Of a DNA stretch of 32,000 nt, positions 25,752 through 32,000 are shown piece by piece (position 1 is the first letter of the stretch; each line of letters opens with the position of its first letter). The stretch lies in contig NZ_SODD01000001.1 in assembly GCF_004365815.1 (NCBI RefSeq), forward strand, positions 30,001 through 62,000, given 5' to 3'. The position numbers and the translations under genes are program-made. Source of the stretch: Breznakia blatticola. GTDB lineage: Bacteria; Bacillota_I; Bacilli_A; Erysipelotrichales; Erysipelotrichaceae. The notes beneath the pieces were generated by a model that saw only the letters and a list, made by a program, of their open reading frames with translations, was not told the origin of the DNA and made no database searches.

Positions 25752-26032
25752 ATTGTAATTAATTTCTTTTTACTTGGACGATATAAGACGATTACACGCC
25801 CCACGACTTGCACAAGTTCACTGTTTGTCATACTTGCTAAATCAAGTGCCATTTCTTTTACATTATCATCACAGTTTTTTAAGACTGTGATTTTAACAAG
25901 TTCATGTGCTTCTAAACTCACTTCTGTACTTTCCACTAAGTTGGCACTAAGTCCACCTTTTCCAATTTGTACCAAAGCTTTTGTATTTACTGCAAGCGCA
26001 CGTAGCGCTCTTCTTTGTTTTCCATTTAACAT
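25748..26032 (-). CDS. yhbY: Ribosome assembly RNA-binding protein YhbY (CRS1/YhbY domain; YqeI)
   Basis: LNGKQRRALRALA...VQIGKGG motif. 94 aa, in yqeH-yqeI-nadD synteny. Confidence 0.88.
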   Translation of the reverse strand: MLNGKQRRALRALAVNTKALVQIGKGGLSANLVESTEVSLEAHELVKITVLKNCDDNVKEMALDLASMTNSELVQVVGRVIVLYRPSKKKLITI

Positions 26033-27102
26033 TATATCATTGCCTTTCTAAGCAGTACGTCCACGTGTTTGTTTGCATATACATCAATACGTGATACATT
26101 TCCATGAATACAGAACCATCCAAGCCCTGCAATCACGATATCAATTTTATCTTCTTTTTTTGTGAATGATGTTTTCTTCATTTCACTTGCATCTTCTTCA
26201 ATTGTAGGTGCGAGTAGTTCTCCTAAATGCTCACTCCATAAACGATCTGCATTTTCTGCTTTTGAACGATGAATCGCTAAACGATCCGAGAAATAACAAA
26301 CACAGCTTACATCCTCACAATCAAATAAATCTAAACGAACATATCCTGCTAACGCCAAACTTTGATTTTGACGAAGTTGAAATTTCTTTGGATTTACTTC
26401 TTTGTGAAACATGACATCTTTTAATTGTGTTTCCGGAACATATGTCAAATAACTTTTTGTATTTACCATTCCTGGAGTGTCATAAAGTGTATATCCATCA
26501 AAAGGAATTGGGTTTAAATCTAGGGTTGTTCCTGGGTGATGGGAAATCGTTAGATCATGTGAGTGCATTAGTGCATTAAGTAGTGTACTTTTTCCTGCAT
26601 TTGCATTTCCTAGCATGACAACATCACGTTGTTTACGATACATTGCAATCGCTGCTTCTACATCACTGACACTTTGTGCTTCTTGTTTATGTAAATTAGG
26701 TACTGCAATAATTCCAACGACTTGGATACCGTGTGTACGTAAACGGTTTTGAATAAAGTTTCCCATCTTACCAGCACTTGTTGTTTTTGGTAATAGATCA
26801 CTTTTCGTACAGACAAGTAAAATATCTTTTCCCATAAAATGACGATTCATTCCAGGAATGATACTTGCTTCAAAATCCATAATATCCACAACCCATACAA
26901 TCAATGCATCAAGTGCATTTACACTTTGCAATAAGGCATCATTATCGATTCCTTGTTGCATATTGATCATGACATCACCATAGTGTGACAAGCGATAACA
27001 ACGCTTACAATACTCTTGATCCATGTTTTGGACAAAACCAATGGCATTTGGATTTTCTGTTTGGAGTGTAACTCCACAACCTTTACATATTTTACTCATC
27101 AA
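26032..27102 (-). CDS. yqeH: Ribosome biogenesis GTPase YqeH
   Basis: N-terminal zinc finger CKGCG...CKRCYRL. Circularly permuted G motifs TKSDL, GNANAGKST, DTPG. Confidence 0.9.
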   Translation of the reverse strand: MMSKICKGCGVTLQTENPNAIGFVQNMDQEYCKRCYRLSHYGDVMINMQQGIDNDALLQSVNALDALIVWVVDIMDFEASIIPGMNRHFMGKDILLVCTKSDLLPKTTSAGKMGNFIQNRLRTHGIQVVGIIAVPNLHKQEAQSVSDVEAAIAMYRKQRDVVMLGNANAGKSTLLNALMHSHDLTISHHPGTTLDLNPIPFDGYTLYDTPGMVNTKSYLTYVPETQLKDVMFHKEVNPKKFQLRQNQSLALAGYVRLDLFDCEDVSCVCYFSDRLAIHRSKAENADRLWSEHLGELLAPTIEEDASEMKKTSFTKKEDKIDIVIAGLGWFCIHGNVSRIDVYANKHVDVLLRKAMI

Positions 27103-27616
27103 ATACTCCTTTTTTAAGTATATTTTTCTTTTCTAAACGTTTGTATACAAAGTTTTCAAAAATACGATTTAGCTTTGTTGCTTTTATATCACGTTGTACA
27201 AGTGGTGCTGTATGAATGACATACATATGCATCCGTTTTGCACCTAAGACATCGGTCATTAATTGATCACCAACAGCAACCACTTTGTTTGCAGGAATAT
27301 GATAATCACGTAGGATTTTCTTATACGTACGTTTTAATGGTTTATTGGCAAAACTATAAAATGGGACATGTAAGGCATCCGCAAATGTTTGTACCCGATT
27401 TTTATAGTTATTTGAAATCATACAAACTTGCATCCCACTTTGCTTTACCTTCTCAATAAAAGAAGCGGCAGCTTCACTTGGATGTGACTGGTCATGTGCA
27501 ACCATCGTATTGTCGATATCACAGATCATCAATTGAAATCCTTGCTTTGCAAGTGCATCAACATCAATACTTTCGAAACTTCTCACATATTCATCTGGAA
27601 TAAAGTATTTTAACAT
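27092..27616 (-). CDS. yqeG: YqeG-family HAD-IIIA phosphatase
   Basis: HAD motif CDIDNTMV and GDQLMTD. First gene of the yqeG-yqeH array. Confidence 0.88.
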   Translation of the reverse strand: MLKYFIPDEYVRSFESIDVDALAKQGFQLMICDIDNTMVAHDQSHPSEAAASFIEKVKQSGMQVCMISNNYKNRVQTFADALHVPFYSFANKPLKRTYKKILRDYHIPANKVVAVGDQLMTDVLGAKRMHMYVIHTAPLVQRDIKATKLNRIFENFVYKRLEKKNILKKGVFDE

Positions 27617-27642
27617 ATTTCACGCTTCCTTTTCATTTGGTT

Positions 27643-27671
27643 ATTTTACCATTGTTACCCCATTTTATCAA
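27643..27671 (-). promoter_or_regulatory. Putative sigma-A promoter of the yqeG array (TTGATA-17-TAAAAT)
   Basis: Minus strand: -35 at 27671-27666, 17-nt spacer, -10 at 27648-27643. RBS AAAGGAAG follows. Confidence 0.45.
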
Positions 27672-27734
27672 TTTAATACGTAGTGAATTGAAACATGCAT
27701 AATTTAGTGTTTTCCACCACATTCATGAAGCATA

Positions 27735-27774
27735 AGACAAAGAAAGGCATCAATCGTTTATAACCGATGATGCC
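27735..27774 (-). terminator. Rho-independent terminator ending the infB-rbfA-vanZ-unknowns unit
   Basis: Minus strand GGCAUCAUCG-loop-CGA(U)UGAUGCC (10 bp with one bulge), followed by UUUCUUUGUCUU. Confidence 0.55.
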
Positions 27775-27804
27775 TGTCGCTATAATTATTAAATCTATTT
27801 TCTT

Positions 27805-28392
27805 TTACATAGGTGCGATGATACGTTTTGAGACAATATCTTGGATATAGTTTTTTACTTCAATACGTACATCTGGTGCATGTTGTTGTAAATATGCAAT
27901 CAATGCATCATGCTTATCTTCATCTAATTTAACAATCACTTGTCGATGTTTGCTTTGCAGCAAGACAAACTGTTTTGCGATTACCACACGGACAAGTTTT
28001 GGATATGCCTTATCATTTACATATAGTTTTCCCTTATCAAGTTTTGCTATTGCATCTAAGTTTTTACCTAAGCTTGCTTTCCACTCTTTTTGCACTTGTA
28101 GATATGCATGCTCATTATCACGATATGCCCAAGTTCTTTTTTGAAAACCAATTAAAAAGATATCCACGATCAATAGAATACTTCCAAAGATAAGACTGCT
28201 AATTGTATACGTAAGTGTTGTTGCATAATAAAGTTGTGCAAACAAGAGTACACAAATCATGGTAAGTACGGCAATGATGATATTTACCAAGCGATACATA
28301 CGAACATACACATACGTATCAATATGCTTGTTGGCGTAATCTAAGACGTCATCAAAGCTCATGGGCGTATCAAAGGTAAATATGTGGTTCAT
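27805..28392 (-). CDS. Membrane protein of unknown function (YcxB-like architecture: two central TM helices plus a soluble C-terminal domain)
   Basis: Hydrophobic pairs IIIAVLTMICVLLFAQLYY and ISSLIFGSILLIVDIFLIGF. 1-nt stop/start overlap with the upstream gene. Family call is by architecture only. Confidence 0.45.
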   Translation of the reverse strand: MNHIFTFDTPMSFDDVLDYANKHIDTYVYVRMYRLVNIIIAVLTMICVLLFAQLYYATTLTYTISSLIFGSILLIVDIFLIGFQKRTWAYRDNEHAYLQVQKEWKASLGKNLDAIAKLDKGKLYVNDKAYPKLVRVVIAKQFVLLQSKHRQVIVKLDEDKHDALIAYLQQHAPDVRIEVKNYIQDIVSKRIIAPM

Positions 28393-29453
28393 TATGCGAT
28401 TTCGGTTGTTTCGTCGTTAAAAGCCCGGTATTCAAGTTTTACACTTAAGTGTTCATTGATATTCTTCAGTGCTTTAATAAACGCTTCCTTATCATAAATC
28501 GCTAGGTCCACATATGCATAAGTAGCTCCCATGGCACCACCAATACTTTTTGCAATTCCCTTTTCAAATAACAATTCATTAAATTTCTTTTCTAATGCTT
28601 GACGGAATAAAGCATCGCTTTCATTTCCATTTTGATTTTTATAATATACATAACCAAATTCTCCACCAAAATCAAAGAATTCATGACTTGTGACATATTG
28701 GTCTTGTAAGCTTTCTGCAATTAACACAGGATGTGTTGTAAAGATGATTTTCATGTCTTGACGCACTTCATCTTTAATCTTCTTTTCATCAAGTTTATAA
28801 ACTCGATAAATTTGTGTTGGATCTTGATACATCGGCCATTCTTTTTCATCAATGATTTCCATTAATAGTTCATAAAATTGTGAAAGGACAACTTGTGAAC
28901 CACCATGACGTTCTCTAACAATTTCATAACTTGCAATATATGCTTCAAGTGCACATTCCCCAATGAATAGTTGTAGCATATATACTGCTACTTCATTTGC
29001 TTTAGACTCATCCATAACTTCAAATGCATCACAATATACTTCACAGTGTAATGCTTTTGCATTCTCATCAATTTCATAGTACACCATGAAATCATCCGCT
29101 GTGTATTCTTTATCTTGTACACGTAAAATCGTGTGTAATGCTTTTGTTGATAAAGGCGGCAAATAACTATTTACAATCCATGTATCTAAAATTGCTTCTG
29201 GTGCCAATTGTTTTAGCAATACACCAATTAGTTGAACATTTTTATCTTGTCCACTTAAAAATGTAATTTCATAACTATCTTCTTCTTTTGCAATATCTAA
29301 TTGTGAGTTCGAAAACTCTTCAAAATAGGTATTTAGAATTTTAGTAATCTCTGTTATTTCAGCTTCATCGTTATGATCTAAAGCACGTTCTAAGTTACTT
29401 CTTTCTTCTAAGAAGATTCGCCAAAAGCGTTGTACTTGTTGTTTAATGTTCAT
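28392..29453 (-). CDS. Hypothetical acidic cytoplasmic protein, 353 aa, no recognisable motif
   Basis: Long ORF with a coding-like composition. Start moved to ATG 29453 (GGAAAGGA RBS); the track start at 29510 lies inside vanZ. Confidence 0.6.
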   Translation of the reverse strand: MNIKQQVQRFWRIFLEERSNLERALDHNDEAEITEITKILNTYFEEFSNSQLDIAKEEDSYEITFLSGQDKNVQLIGVLLKQLAPEAILDTWIVNSYLPPLSTKALHTILRVQDKEYTADDFMVYYEIDENAKALHCEVYCDAFEVMDESKANEVAVYMLQLFIGECALEAYIASYEIVRERHGGSQVVLSQFYELLMEIIDEKEWPMYQDPTQIYRVYKLDEKKIKDEVRQDMKIIFTTHPVLIAESLQDQYVTSHEFFDFGGEFGYVYYKNQNGNESDALFRQALEKKFNELLFEKGIAKSIGGAMGATYAYVDLAIYDKEAFIKALKNINEHLSVKLEYRAFNDETTEIA

Positions 29454-29985
29454 CTTTTTTCCTTTCCGTATGTAACCATCGATAGAGTAAGTACCCCAAT
29501 AATCCACCAAGCGTATTTAAGATTATATCATCAATATCACTAATGCCAACACGTAATACGTATTGTCCTAATTCGATATAAAATGAAAGCATAAAACTAT
29601 ACAAAATAACGCGTTTCACATTGATTCGATTCACAAAATGATGCAACATATACCCAAAAGGCATAAACCAGATAATGTTACCCATAATGTTGTAAATTAA
29701 ATACATAAATGACTGCAAAGGGTACTGCAATGCAGCATAACGATAATTTTCAAACATGTGATAAAACGGAATATAATTGATGATTCCACTTTCATTACTA
29801 AAGAATCCTTCACGTATCACGGTAATGTAAAACAAATTGCATAAGTAAAATGCAAAAAGAAAAACATGCAGAGTTCTCTGACGTTTTTCTTTTTTACTTT
29901 GGCGGTAAATGAGCGTAATCCCACTTGCCACGATAAAGGACAGAAGTAGGCTATGCATCATCAAATCTACTATCCAATGTGTCAT
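29443..29985 (-). CDS. VanZ family membrane protein
   Basis: Multi-TM protein with the VanZ-like C-terminal pattern GISDIDDIILNTLGGLLGY. RBS AAGGGGGA overlaps the rbfA stop. Confidence 0.8.
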   Translation of the reverse strand: MTHWIVDLMMHSLLLSFIVASGITLIYRQSKKEKRQRTLHVFLFAFYLCNLFYITVIREGFFSNESGIINYIPFYHMFENYRYAALQYPLQSFMYLIYNIMGNIIWFMPFGYMLHHFVNRINVKRVILYSFMLSFYIELGQYVLRVGISDIDDIILNTLGGLLGYLLYRWLHTERKKDEH

Positions 29986-30001
29986 CGCCTGTCCCCCTTA
30001 C

Positions 30002-30349
30002 TTATTTTTCTTTTTTGTGTAAATCGGCAATAATTTGCTCGATTTTATTTCCTTGTTCCAAAGACTCATCTAATACGAATTCCAATTCTGGAACTTTACG
30101 CATTGATAACGTTTTTGCAAGTTCGCTACGGATAAATCCTTTTGAACGATTTAGTGCATCCATTCCTGCTTCTTTTCGTGCATCTTTGCCTAAGAATGAT
30201 ACGTATACTTTCGCAAGTGATAAATCACTTGTTACTTGTGTATCCATCACAGTTACGAATCCAACTTTTGGATCTTTTACTGCACGTTGAATGATTTCAC
30301 TAATGTTTTTTTGAATTAATCCAGCAACTCTTTCTTTTTTGATACTCAT
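30002..30349 (-). CDS. rbfA: Ribosome-binding factor A
   Basis: 115 aa, RVAGLIQKNISEII...VTVMDTQVTSDLSLAKVYVS. Located immediately after infB. Confidence 0.93.
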   Translation of the reverse strand: MSIKKERVAGLIQKNISEIIQRAVKDPKVGFVTVMDTQVTSDLSLAKVYVSFLGKDARKEAGMDALNRSKGFIRSELAKTLSMRKVPELEFVLDESLEQGNKIEQIIADLHKKEK

Positions 30350-30351
30350 AA

Positions 30352-32000
30352 CTAAGCCACCTCTACTTGTTGGTCTTCAAAGGCTTCGATGATATCTCCT
30401 TCTTTTATATCGTTAAAGTTTTCAATTGTTAAACCACATTCGTATCCATTTGATACTTCTTTTACTTGGTCTTTGAAACGTTGTAGTGATCCTAATTTAC
30501 CTGTATAAATTACAACCCCTTCACGAATCAAACGACAACCACTGTCACGACGAATGACTCCATCTGTAACCATACATCCAGCAATGGTTCCAACTTTACT
30601 AACTTTATATGTTTCACGCACTTCAGCTTGTCCAGTGATTACTTCTTCATATACTGGAGCTAACATACCTTTCATTGCGCTTTCCATTTCTTCGATAACT
30701 TTATAGATAATGTTGTGTAAACGGATTTGTACACCTTCATCTTCTGCTTTCTTACGAACTGCAGCATTTGGTCTAACATTAAATCCAACAACGATCGCCT
30801 GTGAAGCACTCGCTAACATAATATCACTTTCTGTGATGGCACCTGCAGTAGAACGAATGACATTTACACGTACACCATCAACATCAATTTTTTCTAGTGA
30901 TGATTTTACAGCTTCTGCACTACCTTGTACATCGGCTTTTACAATAACATTAATCGATTGAATTTCACCTTCTTCAATTTGTTTTGCTAAGTCTTCTAAA
31001 GACATTGCACTTGAAGCGTTACGTTCTTCTTCCACACGTGCTTGTAATCTTGCTTCTGCAATTTGACGTGCTTTCTTTTCTTGATCAAAGGCTTTAAATA
31101 CATCCCCAGCAATTGGAACTGAGTTAAGCCCAATAATTTCTACTGGTGTACTTGGTCCTGCAGTTTTGATTTCACGACCTAAGTCATCAACCATTTTACG
31201 TACGTGACCAAACGCTGTACCTACAACAATTGCATCACTTGCATGAAGTGTACCGTTTTGGATTAATAACGTTGCAACTGCACCACGACCTTTATCAAGT
31301 TTTGCCTCGATAACAGTACCTGTTGCCATTTTGTGTGGGTTTGCCTTTAAGTCTTGCATCTCAGCAACAACTAAGATGTTTTCTAATAAGTCATTTACTC
31401 CATCACCGTTTTTCGCACTTACAGGAACAAAGATTGTATCTCCACCCCATTCTTCTGGCATACATCCAAGTTCACTCATCTCAGACATAACACGGTCAGG
31501 GTTTGCTCCTTCTTTATCCATTTTGTTGACAGCAACAATCATTGGTACGCCTGCTGCTTTTGCATGGTCAACTGCTTCTTTTGTTTGTGGCATTACACCA
31601 TCATCCGCTGCAACAACGATAACTGTTACATCGGTAACTTTTGCTCCACGTGCACGCATTGCAGTAAACGCCTCGTGACCTGGTGTATCTAGGAAAGAAA
31701 CTTTTTTCCCTTTTACTGTAACTTGGTAGGCACCAATATGTTGTGTAATCCCTCCAAATTCACCTTCCGTAACTTTTGTTTTACGAATGGTATCCAGTAA
31801 TGTTGTCTTACCATGGTCAACGTGACCCATGATAGTAACAACTGGTGGGCGGCTTTCAAGCAATTTTGGATCATCCTCTTCGTCTAATTCCTCAAAATTG
31901 TATTCCTCCACAATGTGTTCTTTTGTGACTTCAATGTTAAACTCCATACCAATAAGTTCAACGGTTTCATCATCTAGCACCGTATTAATTGTTGCCATAT
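30352..32000 (-). CDS. infB: Translation initiation factor IF-2, C-terminal ~549 aa (N-terminus lies beyond the right edge)
   Basis: G domain [28 protein letters not shown]. The reading frame stays open to the window end. Confidence 0.95.
   Translation of the reverse strand, partial: MATINTVLDDETVELIGMEFNIEVTKEHIVEEYNFEELDEEDDPKLLESRPPVVTIMGHVDHGKTTLLDTIRKTKVTEGEFGGITQHIGAYQVTVKGKKVSFLDTPGHEAFTAMRARGAKVTDVTVIVVAADDGVMPQTKEAVDHAKAAGVPMIVAVNKMDKEGANPDRVMSEMSELGCMPEEWGGDTIFVPVSAKNGDGVNDLLENILVVAEMQDLKANPHKMATGTVIEAKLDKGRGAVATLLIQNGTLHASDAIVVGTAFGHVRKMVDDLGREIKTAGPSTPVEIIGLNSVPIAGDVFKAFDQEKKARQIAEARLQARVEEERNASSAMSLEDLAKQIEEGEIQSINVIVKADVQGSAEAVKSSLEKIDVDGVRVNVIRSTAGAITESDIMLASASQAIVVGFNVRPNAAVRKKAEDEGVQIRLHNIIYKVIEEMESAMKGMLAPVYEEVITGQAEVRETYKVSKVGTIAGCMVTDGVIRRDSGCRLIREGVVIYTGKLGSLQRFKDQVKEVSNGYECGLTIENFNDIKEGDIIEAFEDQQVEVA

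Noticed and set aside
4869-29510. N-terminal extensions in the ORF track (starts at 4878 GTG, 12516, 15625 TTG, 17957 GTG, 23713 TTG, 29510).
   Set aside because: For five of the six (4878, 12516, 15625, 23713, 29510), an internal ATG 9-57 nt downstream has a properly spaced Shine-Dalgarno. That ATG also begins the recognisable signal peptide or conserved N-terminus, so those shorter starts were used. For 17957 (GTG, no RBS) I used ATG 17921 because it begins the conserved MRNIVIVGGG N-terminus. It has no clear Shine-Dalgarno either, so that start stays uncertain.

Overview
Low-GC (about 33%) Firmicutes-type chromosomal window, probably from an anaerobe in the Erysipelotrichia/Clostridia range; this lineage call comes only from gene content and codon style. 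Almost everything is on the minus strand. All protein calls rest on motif recognition by eye, with no database search. Left to right: (1) a cellobiose/beta-glucoside PTS operon (EIIB, EIIC, EIIA, GH1 6-phospho-beta-glucosidase, exported histidine-phosphatase lipoprotein), divergent from a LicR-type PRD/EIIB/EIIA regulator plus a Cof phosphatase. Two near-identical 20-bp palindromes sit at the same distance from both divergent promoters. (2) A [FeFe]-hydrogenase H-cluster maturation set (TM1266-like protein, hydE, hydG ... hydF) with no hydA in the window. A 3.3-kb cassette splits it, encoding a secreted LRR/Pro-repeat surface protein and an ECF sigma factor fused in one polypeptide to a TM helix and a beta-rich C-terminal domain. 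hydF is tightly coupled to an orphan PTS EIIB, and the TM1266-hydE-hydG operon is preceded by a terminator/antiterminator leader I cannot assign to a known riboswitch class. (3) Housekeeping arrays: lspA-rluD-rhomboid-comEB; yqeG-yqeH-yhbY-nadD::yqeK-rsfS-methyltransferase-mtnN-ypmB-like-dnaD-nth; and infB-rbfA followed by vanZ and two unknowns. No tRNA/rRNA, CRISPR, transposase or integrase was seen. The best candidates for something undescribed are the membrane-tethered sigma/LRR cassette and the hyd leader RNA; both are hypotheses.
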